NCBI RefSeq assembly: GCF_018350175.1
Contig: NC_058368.1
Coordinates: forward strand, 98,954,001 to 99,018,000
Length of the DNA stretch: 64,000 nucleotides
From: Felis catus
Taxonomy: Eukaryota
Direction of reading: 5' to 3'
Part shown: positions 38,019 to 51,021 of the stretch, one piece after another
Numbering within the stretch: position 1 is the stretch's first letter
How the letters are laid out: every line of letters begins with the position of its first letter
Program-made: the position numbers and the translations under genes
Notes under the pieces: model-generated
Told to the model about the DNA's origin: nothing
Databases searched by the model: none
Seen by the model: the letters and a program-made list of their open reading frames with translations, nothing else

Positions 38019-38058
<40 letters not shown>
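37843..38058. repeat. Compound (TATC)n/(TA)n with 11-12 bp cagtaaaatata minisatellite
   Basis: Direct reading. Confidence 0.95.
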
Positions 38059-38061
<3 letters not shown>

Positions 38062-38094
38062 ACTGAAACTGTTGAGATCATTATGTGATTTTAG

Positions 38095-39090
38095 TATAGA
38101 TTTACTGGTGATATGAATCCTCTCCAGTTTTGTTTGTAGGAAAATGAACTTACTTTACCTTCTCTTAAAAAAAACTTACCAAGGTGAAAATCACATAATA
38201 TAAAATTAATCATTTTATGGTGAACAGTGCAGTGACATTTAGTACATCCACAGTGTTGTACAACCAAAACTTCTATCTAGTTCAAAAACATTTGCACTTT
38301 ATATTATGAAGGACACTTTACTGCATTAAGTGTTTTATTTTAATAAAATACTTTGTTTGCAGTCTCCTTTTTTTCCCCCCCCAAAGCCCTTTGAAGATAT
38401 AATTCCCTTGTCTCTGGCTCCCATTATGTTTGGTTGCAATTTAAACTCCTTCAGTGTTCATTTGAACATTTTCTTTCTGGCTGCATGTGTGATTTTCTCT
38501 TTTCTTTAGTTTTCTGTAGTTTTATTATTATGTGTCCAGGTTTAATTTTCTTTATATTTATCTTCCCTGAGAATTCTGAAAGCAATTAGTTGCTTGATAG
38601 TTTTATGTCAGTTTTGGTATTTGTCAGTCAGTATTTATTTATTCAAATACTGCTTTTTCTTCATTTTTCTCTTCTCTCCCTTTTAATTCCTGCACATGTT
38701 TGACCCTTAAGTTTTTTTTTTTCAGTATTTCATGTTTTTATATTTCCTATGTGCTTAATTTATAGATTTTCTCTGACATATCTCAGTTTACTAATGCTAT
38801 TATCATGTGAAAATTGGTAGTAAATACATTCAGGAAATTTTCAATTTAGTCATTACATTTTTTTGTTTTTAGAAATTCCATTGGATCATTTTAAATTTTC
38901 AGTTCTGGGCTTAAGTTTTCAATCATTTTGTTGATTTCCTGGGACAAAATAGGAATAATTGTTTTGCAATCTGTGTCTGTTACCTCTACTATCTGGAAGC
39001 CCTTGGTATCTGCTCTGTTATCTTTTATTCCTCAAGAATTTGGTTCACATTGCTTTGTATCTTCAAATGCCTGGCTATTTTTAAATATGT
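38095..39090 (-). mobile_element. Ancient L1M/HAL1-like ORF1-region remnant with a small L1MB-like 3' end insert (~38170-38300)
   Basis: 'ctttgaagatataattcccttgtctctggc'; insert 'gtgacatttagtacatccacagtgttgtacaacca'. Confidence 0.65.
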
Positions 39091-39334
39091 ATAGTATGCA
39101 TATACCAGATGCCCCTCTAGCATATATTTAAATATGTATGAATGTGTAAGTATATACATATATGTGAAAGATGTAGATACATGTGAAAGATAATTTGAAG
39201 TCTGCAATATTATATTTTGGATATTACATAATTCCACCGACAATTTTATATCTAATAAATTATCACTTAATACTGGGGGTGAGATGAAGGTGTTTTAAAG
39301 TAAAATACTCAGTTTATTAACAATAAGACCTTAT

Positions 39335-39965
39335 TTGTGCTTAATTGTTTTCCCTCAAAATTCACATGTTGAAGCTCTAACCCCTCATACCTCAGTGTGA
39401 CAGTATTTAGAGATATGGCCTTTAAAAAGGATATTTAGTAAAAATGAGAATGGCCACTAATGTAATCTGGCTGACGTCCTTATAAGAAGAGAGAATGTAG
39501 ACTCACAAAAGGACCCTCGGGGCCTGTGCCTCAGGAAAAGACCTTGTGAGGGGTGCCGCCTGGGTGGCTCAGTCAGTTGAGTGTCTAACTTTGGCTCGGG
39601 CCATGATCTCATGGTCTGTGAGTTTGAGCCCTGTGTCAGGCTCTGTGCTGACAACTTGGAGCCTAGAGCCTGCTTGGAATTTTGTGTCTCTCCCTCCCTC
39701 TCTGCCCCTCCCTGCTGTCTGCTGTGTGCTCTCTCTCTCTCTCTCAAAAATAAATAAAAACATTAAAAAAAATTGAAAAGAAAAGACCTGTGAGCTTACA
39801 GTGAAAAGGCAGCCATCTGCAAGCCAGAGAGAGACGTCTCAGAGAAAGGAATCTTACTGACACTTTGATCTTGGACTTCCAACCTCTACAACAGTAAGGA
39901 GGTAAACTTTTAAGCCACCAGTATGTGGACTTTGTTATGGCAGTCCTAGCAGTCTTAACGAAGAC
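39335..39965 (+). mobile_element. MaLR LTR (MLT1B-like) split by a SINE
   Basis: 'aaaattcacatgttgaagctctaacccc', 'gtccttataagaagag', 'ggcagccatctgcaagcc', 'tttgttatggcagtcctagca'. Confidence 0.88.
39551..39779 (+). mobile_element. SINEC_Fc-type SINE
   Basis: TSD gaaaagacct(t)gtgag at 39535-39550 and 39780-39794. Confidence 0.96.
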
Positions 39966-40552
39966 CCTCATGAAGGGAAGTACTAATACTTGGATTCCTA
40001 AGCATTTTCAAATCACAGCATACTCAAATAATAATATTTTTTCAAGTATTCTGGTAGAAGATGAGGAGAACGGTCATGGTCCAGAAATCAGTCCAGAGTT
40101 TCTGGCCATTCTGGTGTCCACCAACCACACTGAGGGCTGGGGATTTCCAGTATCTCATGCACATCTGTAAGCTCTTCAGGACACCCCTTTTTGGGAAGCT
40201 CTTTTCTGAAAGATAAACTACAGGAAGAAGTAAACAAAAATCTCAAAAGAAATTCAGGAGAGGAAGGTTCTTTCCATATGTAAACTGAGGCCCAGACAGA
40301 GTTTCAGAATGGGTTTTTTTTTTTTAATTTATTAAAGAACTCCAATCTAACTGCTGATTTCTCTCAGTAATCCAAGTTCCAGTTTGCCTTATCACCTTTA
40401 CCTTTCAGCTGTTCTTCCCCACTTCCTCACTGTGATTCTAAAACATTGTGAGGAGAGATTTGTGAATGTGGCTCTGTTTTCTTCTTTGTAATTCTTTTTG
40501 GAAGCTATAGAAATTTTATCTTATGTTTGATCGTAGCGTTACATTTCTCTGT

Positions 40553-40775
40553 CTTTTTTTTTTTTTTTTTGAGAGAGAGAAAGTGTGCACAAATACGCGC
40601 ACACATGTGCAAGCAGGGGAGGGGCAAAGGGAAAGGGAGAGAGAGAATCTCAAACAGGCTCTGCTCTGTCAGTGTGGAGCTCAGTGCCGGGCTTGATCCT
40701 ACAAACTGTGAAATCATGACCTGAGCCGAAACTGAAATTTGGATGCTTAACCAACGGAGCCACCCAGACATCCCC
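40553..40775 (-). mobile_element. Can-SINE
   Basis: Antisense body with T tail. Confidence 0.93.
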
Positions 40776-41149
40776 ATTCTTTTTATATTTTATTATCACT
40801 GTGTCTTTTGGACAGATATAATGTATTAGGAGCGTGGATGGATGGTGACATCCTAATTGGAAATCCAGCATAACTGTCATTTAAACAGTTTCCAAGTTCC
40901 TTTTTTGCCTAAAATATTGGCTTATGAGGCACATGTAGATTCATGCATTCAATTCAGTTACTTTAAGGTGTGGGGAAATATCCACAATTAAATGGTACAC
41001 TAGAAAGTTGAACACTGCTGAAGCTATTTAGTAACTGTTTAGAAAACATTATTTTCACCTTTGAAAGTAAACATTAAAATTTAATGTTTCTAGAAAAATT
41101 GTGTTTCCAAAGCATTTCATCTTGAGGCTTAGTTTATCTTAGTATAAAC

Positions 41150-41370
41150 TAGTAGTTCTCAACTAGTAGTTTTCCCCCATTCCTGTTCCACCAGACATGT
41201 TTGACAATATCTGGAGACAATTTTAATTTTTGTGACTAGGGTGGTGGACTACTGGCGTCTAGTGGGTAAAGGACAAAGATACTGATAAATATCTTAATGC
41301 ACAGGACAGCCCCACAGGACAAGAATTAGTATGGTCCAAAATTTCAGTAGTTTTGAAGTTGAGAAAACTT
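41150..41370 (+). mobile_element. MER20 DNA transposon (hAT-Charlie)
   Basis: TIR-like ends tagtagttctcaac / gttgagaaaact; 'tctggagaca', 'ctactggcgtctagtgggta', 'aatgcacaggacagcccc'. Confidence 0.9.
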
Positions 41371-41576
41371 GGGCCACTGGGTGACTTAGTTGGTTAAGCT
41401 TCCATTTCTCGATTTTGGCTCACGTCATGATCTCATGTTTCATGAGATCATGCCCCATGTCAGGCAGTGTACTGAGAGCACAGAGCCTGCTTGGGATTCT
41501 GTCTCTCCCTCTCTCTGCCTCTCCCCTACTTATATTGTCTCTCTCTCAAAAGAAGTAAATAAACATTTAAAAAATT
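41371..41576 (+). mobile_element. Can-SINE at the MER20 terminus
   Basis: Degenerate head, (CT)n, tail; TSD-like gaaaa(a)ctt. Confidence 0.9.
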
Positions 41577-41979
41577 GGGAAAACTTCATTTAAACCTGTT
41601 AAGATGACATTAACAATTGTCAAATCAAATGTGCACAGTTGTAATTTTTAATGTAATGCAGTTTCATCATGTTTAAGCCTTTTTTCCCCCCTTCAAATCT
41701 AGTGTTCGTGTATTCATGTGTCTTTTGCAGTGGTCTTCTTAAGAGCAGAGAAATACGAAGGAGAGGGTTTACTCCCTGGTTACAGCACTGAATGATATTA
41801 ACTGGCCTATACATAAATCACACCTGTGATTTTGTCTGTGCTAGTCCATTTCCTAACTGGCCCCAGAACAGCACTTGATTTAGAAACATTGACAGTGCAT
41901 TAAAATAATCACTATAATCCTTTTTTTCTAGTATGGTCAGCTCAGAATTATATAGATCAGAGTGTATTAAACATTATAA

Positions 41980-43055
41980 AACATCAAAACCGCAATGAGA
42001 TACTGTCTCACACCTTTTAGAATGGCTTTTTTCATAAAGACAAGAGATAACAAATACTGGCCAGGATCTGGATTAAAGGGAACCCTCGTGGTGTTGGTGG
42101 TAAGATAAATTGGTTCAGCTGCTATGGAAAACACCATGGAGGTTTCTCAAAAAACTGAAAATAGAACCAACATATGAAAAAAAATCCAGGGCACCTGGGT
42201 GGCTCAGTCGGTTAAGCGTCTGATTTTAGCTCAGGTCACAATCTCACAGCTCACAAGTTCGAACTTCACACTGGCTGCTGACAGCTTGGAGCCTGGAGCC
42301 TGCTTCAGTTTCTGTGTGTGTGCCTCTCTCTCTGTCCCTCCCCTTGCTTGCACTCTGTCTCTCTCTCTCTTTCAAAAATAAATAAACATAAAAAATAAAT
42401 AAAATGAAAAGCAGTCTCACTTCTATGCATATCTTCAAAGGAAATGAAATCACAATCTCAAAGAGATATTGGTATTCCCACCTTCATTACAGCATTGACA
42501 ATAACCAAGACATGGAAACAACTGCCCATCAGTAGATAAATGGATAAAGAAAAATTGGTATATACATACAATGGAATATTATTCATCCATTAAAAAAAAA
42601 GTGTCATTTTGAACAACATGGATAGACCTTTAGGGCATTATGCTAAATAAGTCAGATAGAGAAAGACTAATACTGTATGATAATCTCACTTATCTGTGGA
42701 ATCTCAAAACGTTGAACTCACAGTAGCAGTAGATTGATGGTTACCAGGAGCTGGGAGATATGGGAAATGTGGAGATTTTGGTCAAAGGGTATAAGCTTTC
42801 AGTTATAAGATGAATAAGTTCTAGAGATCTAATGTATAGCATGGCACTAAGCAGTACCATATTGTTGTTATGGGAGTCAAACTTAAATGTTCTCACCGTG
42901 ACAGTTACAATCCAAGATGATATTGATGTGAGCATAAAAGTGTATTAACTAACATTTTGTTAACATTTTGCACTATATACATGTATGAAATCATCCCATT
43001 GTACATCCTAAATTTATTCAATATTTCATGTTAAGTATATCTTAATAAAAAATGG
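41980..43055 (+). mobile_element. L1 (L1MA9-like) 3' end
   Basis: 'caaaaccgcaatgagatac', 'ggtcaaagggtataagctttcagttataagatgaataagttctagagatctaatgtatagcatgg', terminal aataaa. Confidence 0.9.
42189..42403 (+). mobile_element. SINEC_Fc-type SINE inside L1
   Basis: gggcacctgggtggctcagtcggttaagcg, (CT)n, tail. Confidence 0.94.
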
Positions 43056-43507
43056 AGAAGAAATGTTGTAGAACATATGTATCCTGGTTATATCCATTCC
43101 TTGCTTTATTCCTTTTCTGCCTTTCATCCTCTCTGAACTTTTATTCCAGACTTAGGACCAATTTAAATTTTCCCCAGTGAGTTCATTTGAAAAAGCTTTG
43201 GAATGCTATATAGGTGTTACTGAGAATGTCAAGTAGGAAATGAGGGAGAAATACATATATAAATCTAAAAATTGTATGAGACATTTTACTTTCCCTAAAT
43301 CTTTTCTTGCCTCTGCCATTCCCAGGCATTCCCTCTATAGTATGTCCAGCAATTTGGCCATTCTCGACGCTTTCCAGAGTACCTTTCCCATTGCCTTCGT
43401 GTGATGTAGCTCCAACCTAGTCCCTGTCTTCCAAATTGCATAACCACATATTCCATTTCTCTTTCTTCCTTCAGGTTGATTTTGAAAATGCATTGAGTTA
43501 GGTCTTG

Positions 43508-43539
43508 GTGTGTGTGTGTGTGTGTGTGTGCGCACGCGC
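43508..43539. repeat. (GT)n(GC)n alternating purine-pyrimidine tract
   Basis: Direct reading. Confidence 0.95.
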
Positions 43540-44153
43540 CTGCCTGTGCACATATTTTAATTGCATGCACTGTAATTGAAGAATATCCATGTCCATTCTG
43601 AGAAATTTCCAGCCTTAAAAAAGAAAACCCTGAATACTATACTTACAGTTGAGTCTGTTTTTTAAATAGAAATGGAAGAAATTGAAGGGGAAAAAAAAAA
43701 GTGTCCTAGATGTTTGTAGAAAGTCTGTGTAATCATATCAGCTATAAAAGAGAAATTATCAGCAGATACTGTGAAATAAAAAGGTTATATTTTCTTTGTA
43801 AATAGATCTTGAAAGAAATTTATTTCCAGGTAGCTTGTTGGCACAAAGAATAACTACAAAAATACATGCTTAAACGTTAAGACTAATTACCAAAAGCAGC
43901 ATAGCCACATATTCCCATTACATGTTTGATAGTAGGGTAGAAAATTTACAGAAAACACATGCTTGACAGGCAGATACATACCATGTCCATAAACACACAC
44001 CCAGACATAGACACAAGTGTACACACAGGTTTCACACTCCATCAAGGCATTTCCTTTGAACCATACTGCATTTTCTCAGTGTACTATGGTTTGTTTTTCT
44101 ATCATTTCCACTTATTTTTGAACAACTTCTACAATTCTTTGTATTTCTCTCTC

Positions 44154-44342
44154 TTTTTGTGAGACAGAGACTGAGCGCAAGCAGGGGAGGGGCAGAGAGA
44201 CTGGGAGGCACAGAATCTGAGGTAGGCTCCAGGCTCTGAGCTGTCAGCACAGAGCCTGGAGCAGGGCTTAAACTCATGAACCATGAGATCATAACCTGAG
44301 CTGAAGTCAGACACTCAACTGACTGAGCCACCCGGGTGCCCC
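44154..44342 (-). mobile_element. SINEC_Fc-type SINE with very short tail
   Basis: Antisense body ending gggtgcccc. Confidence 0.93.
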
Positions 44343-44746
44343 TCTACATTTTTCTCTTACAGTTTGGCTCATGGGATTCACTGTGCTGTCCTCCTGCTTT
44401 CATTCTTTTCCTGGGTTCGCCATGTTATCTGTGACAATGCTATTAATCTAACAGCCACAGAGCCTTTTCACTGTGCAGCTGCATCTATTCTTAGGGGCAA
44501 TCATGAGGGTGGCCTGAGCTATCACTTGCCTGTGATACTTGTCCATTTTATTTGTTACATCAAAAAATAGATTTAAATCCATGTTGCTTTTGTTTTGTGT
44601 TTAAACATTTGTTTCCTTTTATCCCAAGTATGCAAGTATCTATCTTTTTTTTTTTTCAAAGAAAACAATGTTATAGCCAGCGGCAATGACATACATAAAA
44701 CTGTAGCCATCTTGTTACTCCTTTAATTAAAATATACCAAGATTAA

Positions 44747-44989
44747 GGCCGCCTGGGTGGCTCAGTCGGTTGAGCATCTGAATCTTGGTTTTGGCTCAAG
44801 TCATTAATCTTGCGGTTCATGGGTTTGAGCCCCACATCGGGCCCTGTGCTGACAGCTCAGAGCCTGGAACCTGCTTCAGATTCTGGGTCTCGCTCTCTCT
44901 CTGCTCCTCCCCTGCTCATACGCACGCACGCACGCACACTCTCTCTCTCTCTCTCTCTCTCTCTCAAAATTAAACATTAAAAAATATTT
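44747..44989 (+). mobile_element. SINEC_Fc-type SINE
   Basis: Perfect 17 bp TSD aaatataccaagattaa at 44730-44746 and 44990-45006. Confidence 0.96.
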
Positions 44990-45561
44990 AAATATACCAA
45001 GATTAAAGACACTATCAGAGATTTACAGGAGTATAAGAAGGAAGCTACTGCTGACAGGGTTACCTGCATACACGTTTACATAAGCACAACAGTCTTTTCT
45101 TGCCAGATTCTAGGAAACTGTTGCAGAAGAGAACACTTTCCAGACTTTAAAAATGTAATCAAATTGAATCAGCTTTTCCAGAAATATGGATGTTTACATT
45201 GGACTTCAGGTGACTTTTCACTGTTTCAAATTTGAGATGTGTGCCTGTGAGTGGCTTTTCTCATGTAGTGCTTTCCATTGACAATGTGTAATTGTACAGT
45301 GATCACATTCATTTTGTGAAACTTCATGTAAATGTATTGCTGGAAAGTCGTCTCTCCCAAAGCAAGCATCCATTATCTATCTTCCCAACTGCTTTTAAGC
45401 AAGGAGCTCCTGCAGAGACTTTCTGTAAACACACAAACAGAAAGTTATTGTTTAAGTGTACCAGGCGTGCTGTGCTCTCTTGACCTTATGCCACTTTGGA
45501 GGTGCCCAGTTCGACAGTGGAGCTGTACCAGCTTCCAGTTTGTCTAAAACGTTGTATTGGA

Positions 45562-45638
45562 TTTATTTTATTTTATTATTATTTTTTAAAGTTTATTTAT
45601 CTTGAGAGAAACAGAGATAGCATGAGTGTGGGAGAGGC

Positions 45639-45710
<72 letters not shown>

Positions 45711-45838
45711 TCCCAAGCAGGCTCTGAGCTGCCAGTGCTGAGCCTTAGGTGGGGCTCGAACTCATGAAACCATGAGATCGTGACCTGAGCCAAAACCAAG
45801 ACTCAGGTGTTTAACCGACTAAGCCACCCAGGTGCCCT
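45562..45838 (-). mobile_element. Can-SINE with expanded (GA)n
   Basis: Antisense body, long GA run 45645-45709. Confidence 0.95.
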
Positions 45839-46318
45839 GCCCAAAACATTTTAAAGGCAAAAAAGTATTATTTTTGAAGTAGTTACTAAAAACTTTGTCA
45901 ATCCCTAGTGACTAGAAACATAAAGTAATGTTTATGTTCCACCAAGGAATCTGTGATTAGGCAAATTTCTGAACTGACGTTTGATATTCTTCTTGTCACT
46001 TCCCTCTGAGCCACATTATTACCTCTGAAATAGGTGATGATGAAGGAAACCCCAAATGGCTTTTTTCATAATATCCATTAATAGTTGAATTCTACTCAGG
46101 CTGAGTTTAGTTGAAATTTCTAGGATTGGTATCATTGAAAGTATATAATATTTGTTTGATCACTCTACCTTTTGAAGGTTTTTTTTTGGTGGACATGGGT
46201 GTTGGTGTACTGACATTTTTGGTATAGGAAATTTCTGATGTCGTAAGAAATGTCAAACAATTTGTGGGGCAGATATTATTTCCACATGTGTCTTAGAAAA
46301 GCTGTAATCTCAAAAAAA

Positions 46319-46616
46319 GGGGGGCAGTGCCAGCGTTGTTCAGTCGGTTGGACATCTGACTCTTGATTTCCACTCAGGTCATGATCCCAGAGTTGGGATC
46401 AAACCCCATGTGAGGTCCTGCACTGACAGCATGAGGGGCCCACTTGCCTTTCCCCTGCTTGCGGGTATGCATGTGTTCTCTCTTTAAAATAAAAGAATAA
46501 AAGAAAAGAAAAGTGAAAAAGGAAGGAAGGAAGGCAGAAAGGGAGGAAGAAGGAAAGAAAGAAAGAAGGAAAGAAGAAAATAAAAGAAAAAAAAGAAAGA
46601 AAGGAAAGCAAGCAAG
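46319..46616 (+). mobile_element. Degenerate Can-SINE with purine-rich (GAAA/GGAA) tail expansion
   Basis: 'cagtcggttggacatctgactcttgatttccactcaggtcatgatc' followed by GA-rich low-complexity sequence. Confidence 0.85.
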
Positions 46617-48257
46617 CTGTAATCTGTATGACTGGGGCATTGTGCTTCCGGCATATGGACCTGTTCTGATTTCAAAGAGGATGACTATTTCTATGACTTT
46701 ATGTGGGGTTCCTACAACACACTTTTTCATAGGGAATAGTGTGAAGTTTTTAGTGTGCCTTCAGCTTACTAAATACTTATCAATATTATGGTTAAAGTAC
46801 AGTCACCCTGCAATTATCATAACTACTCCTTTAAAAACTATTTGTAGAATTGAAATTGCTTTTATGAGTAATACATTAATATAACATTAATATCTCATTT
46901 TAGAAATGAGATAACATTAATATCTCCTTTTAGAAATCTGTATTGAGTAAAGCCCATTTGCCAATACTGGGTTTCATTCATATAAATTTTCTTTTGAAGA
47001 AATAAGTCTTTAAATTTATCCCTCCTGCATTCACAAGTATAGGAGAAAGCCCATCAAAATGAACAACCTCTAAAGATAGTAATTTAAGTAAAAATAAAGA
47101 CCAAGTACTGATTTCTGCTTTCTCCTTTCTTGTGTCTGTTACTGGCTTTATATCCTGAGTTCTGTTCTGGTAATAAATAGAGTTGATGGTTAAGAAATGT
47201 TCTTCAGTTAAAATATGACCTGTGAGTGTTACAAAAACACACGTATTTTTTTTTCTTTCACTGAATAGATTTTGATTGAAAAATAGCATAAGAAAAACAG
47301 GCCCACCATTCATATTTGTAAGACCTGCTATAGTAATACAAATGCAGGCCCACATTTCACATATCTCATTACTTAAAAGTTAAAAAAGATCCAGAAACAT
47401 ATTGCTAAATAAAAAATGTTATACCCTTCTCCCTCAACCAAAATATTGTGTTGGCAAGGTAAAAAATTATGTGTAAAGCCCTAGGTTTTTTATGGCTTCA
47501 ACTTAGCTAAATGTGAGATGACTCTATTTAAATATTATCTCACATGTTAATGTTTCAGCCATATTAATAGTAAAATATTAATGTAAAATGTATACATTGT
47601 GATATATGATATGCATATTATAAAATATGATATGCTGTATATTTTCATGTAGAATTTATTTTTCTTGTCTTGATTGGAGATCACCATTCATTATGCATAG
47701 ACCTAATTGCTTCTGTAGTACACTTTGTCTTTTCCATCAGCTGTCCTGGTATGCCTAAATCCAAAGCTCTTTTGATCAGCTGCTTCTCTAGAGAGAAACT
47801 TTGTTCCAGAATTCTTTTAAAGTTCAAGAGGGGTTAGAATGTTCCAGATTCAGGACTATAAAAATCCTCGCTTTTGAACTCTGTTCTAGAAGCTTGTCTC
47901 CAGAGGTACCCATTTCCTGTAATTGCTGAGTAATTTCAAAGTTCTTAATAGATACATAGAACAAAGTGTTCTTATGTTTTAAAGAAAATACATTTGTATT
48001 AACTTCAAGTGATGTGCAATTTGTTTTGATTTTCCCTTTAACTCATGACTTATTTACAAGAGTCTTGATTTCCAACTGGTTAATTTTCAAATAGTTAATA
48101 GAAGCAAAGGCTAGAGGAGGGGTGAGTGTTAGGTCTCTCTTACAGATAGAAGTGTAGAATCTATTCTCTCCAAACCACATGATGTGTCAGAAATTTTGTT
48201 CATCAGAGCTCCCCAATGCCCAGCAGGATCTGGTGGTTTCCTAGAAGCCTCCCAGAG

Positions 48258-48471
48258 AGGCTCCCTGGGTGGCTCAGTCGGTTATCCATCCAACGTCGGC
48301 TCAGGTCATGATCTCACAGTTTGTGAGTTTGAGACCCACGTCAAGCTCTGTACTGATATCTCAGAGCCTGGAGCCTGGTCTGATTCTGTGTCTCTCTCTC
48401 TTGCCCCACCCCCCCCCCCTTGCTCCCACTCTGTCTGTCTTTCAAAAATAAATAAATATTAAATAAAAAAT
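48258..48471 (+). mobile_element. SINEC_Fc-type SINE
   Basis: TSD tagaagcctc(c/t)cagag at 48242-48257 and 48472-48487. Confidence 0.95.
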
Positions 48472-49194
48472 TAGAAGCCTCTCAGAGGACTAAATGCAGG
48501 AGGTAGAAAAGTGCTTTAATTCTCTGTGTGTGTGAGGTGTCCTGTGTCATGCACAGTCTGGGAACTTGCATGCAATCTGGTCTTGGCTTGAGAATCTGTT
48601 CTACATTTTGTGTTCCTCCAGCTGAGTGGAGTAGAAAGTCTGATACCCATACTTTGGAGAATTTGTGTCTTCACATCTGCATGTATTGTCTACAAAGTCC
48701 GCAAAAAGATTATTTTGGTTTTGTGGGACTGCACCACAGCATGGGGTGGGGGAGGGAAATCAACATAGCAGTGTGTGCTTACATTGCTATATAAAGTGTC
48801 AATACAAATACGTGGATGTCTAACTGAAGAACACCTTCTAGTAGAGTTACACAATAGAACAAATTTTATTCTAAAATGAGTCTGATAGACAAAAACAAAG
48901 TAGCGTGTTGGCAGGTTTACCATTGAAAATTCCTTGGGCGAGCAGTATGTTAGAGGTATAAGGACTTTTAATAACTCCAACAAAGCCTGTAATGTCTTTA
49001 CCGTGGGGACAGATTGGTGTTTTGGTTTTTTTTTGGTCAAAAATATGTTGAAGTCATTTGGCTACTGTATGGGGACATGTTGTAAACCTGTTGTACATGT
49101 TGTACTTTGATCCGCTGAGATTAAACTGTTATGTTAAAACCAGTGAGATATTCATGTCGAGATGCACAGTGGGATGAAGAGTCACCTGAGAAAT

Positions 49195-49325
49195 CTGAAT
49201 CTGAAGCAGGGTCCAGGCTCCAAGCTGTCAGCACAGAGCCCAGTGTGGGACTCGAACTCATGAGCTGTGAGATTGTGACCTGAGCTAAAGTCAGACGCTT
49301 AACCTACTGAGCCACCCAGATGCCC
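49195..49325 (-). mobile_element. SINEC_Fc-type SINE lacking (CT)n and poly(A) tail
   Basis: Intact head to 'cttcagattc' then stops; flanked by tgagaa(a/t)t. Confidence 0.92.
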
Positions 49326-50494
49326 TGAGAATTAGCAAATTCTGCCTCCTGTCTCATGCCTAAGCTTATGCAACTAGTGAAAAGTTGTTTTAACCATTAA
49401 AATTGATATTTTTTCCTCACTCATTTCTTACCTAGAGTTCAGTTAGTACAAGTGAAATGTATGTTCAGCTTGATGTAACTTTGCATGTTTCAAAGAAGGA
49501 GACTTAAAAATTCTATCAACTTACATGTAACAGAAGAAACACCAATGTTGTGATATATCATTAGACGGACTGCATATTTATGTTTTTGGAAAAAATGAAA
49601 TATTTAGTTATTCCTGATATTTCAGGAAAACCTGAACCAGATTTATGGCTGTTTATTATTGTTTTCTTCTAAAAAAATCAGTATTTATAAAATATATGAT
49701 TTTTTATTTTTATTATAATTAACTGAATGCCATGAGATTGGCTTTAATCTCTGTAATCTGTTTACCCTTTAGTTAATTTATCTAACTGGATTTGGTGTTT
49801 GACTTTGGAACCTATTCATAGAGCTTATGCTTAACATTTTAAGAAAGCAGTTAGTGCCAAACTCAAGCAAGAGGAAGTTGTGACTCAGATTACTACCAGA
49901 TGTGGAGTAGCAAAAAATATCTTTGAGATATACGTGTGTGTATGCATATCTGTGATTTTAAAATTAAAAACCATAATTTAAATTCTTTTTCCAACTTCAT
50001 GCACTATTCTCATAGTTATAATTTTCTAGAAGAGAATGGATCCTAATTGTAGAGTGCCAGTATAATCCATGCTAAGTGTGTCTTTTGTAAATGCATTTAT
50101 GCGTTAAATGGATTTACTGGTATAATATCACGAGTTTAATGATAACTCATGATTGAATGTTAATGCCGATAGTAAAAATTTAAAGTTATTCTACCCAATG
50201 AAATCTAGAATAAAACACAACCGGCAGAGTGATCAGGACAAAATAATGTGTTTTGAAAGAAATAAGTATTTATTAACATCTATGAAGTGAAGTATTTAAA
50301 AGTCGAGGTTGAAAGCAGCAAGCATCCTTAAGTCTCTGATTATAAAGAAAAACAAGGGATCATTATCGCTCTGAATACCAAAACCAGAAAAGCACAAATT
50401 GCAAATCCCTGGTGATTCTGAAAACATAATTCAATGGTAAATATTTTATTTTAGTTTAGTTTATTTATGCGTAAATGAATCTGAATACCCCAAT

Positions 50495-50596
50495 CTCCTA
50501 TTTTATCTGTGGAGAAATTGTGAGCCACCAAGATGGACTTTTCTGAGGTGACAGAACCGGTTACTGACAGACCAAAGTTTAAAATCCAGGTAACTT
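50495..50596 (-). mobile_element. MIR left part (resumes at ~51656-51710)
   Basis: 'cctattttatctgtggagaaattg...gaggtgacaga...aaaatccaggt'; continuation 'aaaacccaggtatcttaattcc...tctttcaact'. Confidence 0.6.
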
Positions 50597-50830
50597 TTTT
50601 TCTTAAATATTTTTAATGTTTATTTATTTTTGAGAGACAGAGAGAGAGAGAGAGAGGCAGAGAGACAAAGCATGAGCAGGGGAGGAGAGCGAGGGAGATA
50701 CCGAATCAGAAGCAGGCTCCAGGCTCTGAGCTGTCAGTACAGAGCCTGACGTGGGCTCGAACTCACAAACTGTGAGACCATGACCTGAGCCCAAGTCTGA
50801 TGCTTAACCAAATGAGCCACCCAGGCATCT
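50597..50830 (-). mobile_element. SINEC_Fc-type SINE without its own TSD
   Basis: Full antisense body; right flank ctccccaaaagtg not repeated on the left. Confidence 0.94.
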
Positions 50831-51021
50831 CTCCCCAAAAGTGTTTATTTAGGGTCTCAGAAATGCCATTCATGAGCACAGATTTGGCCAGCAACCCAAA
50901 CTGTATTCCTCCAGGGACAAAAGTCGGGTTTTTTTGTTTACTTTATCAACTTTTTTTTTTTCAATATTTAGCAATTGTATCAGAATATACATTAGAAATA
51001 ATATAATTTATGTGCATATTA

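Noticed and set aside
47511..47545. 9 bp inverted repeat atgtgagat/atctcacat
   Set aside because: Short AT-rich stem with no TSD or other support for a MITE or structured RNA
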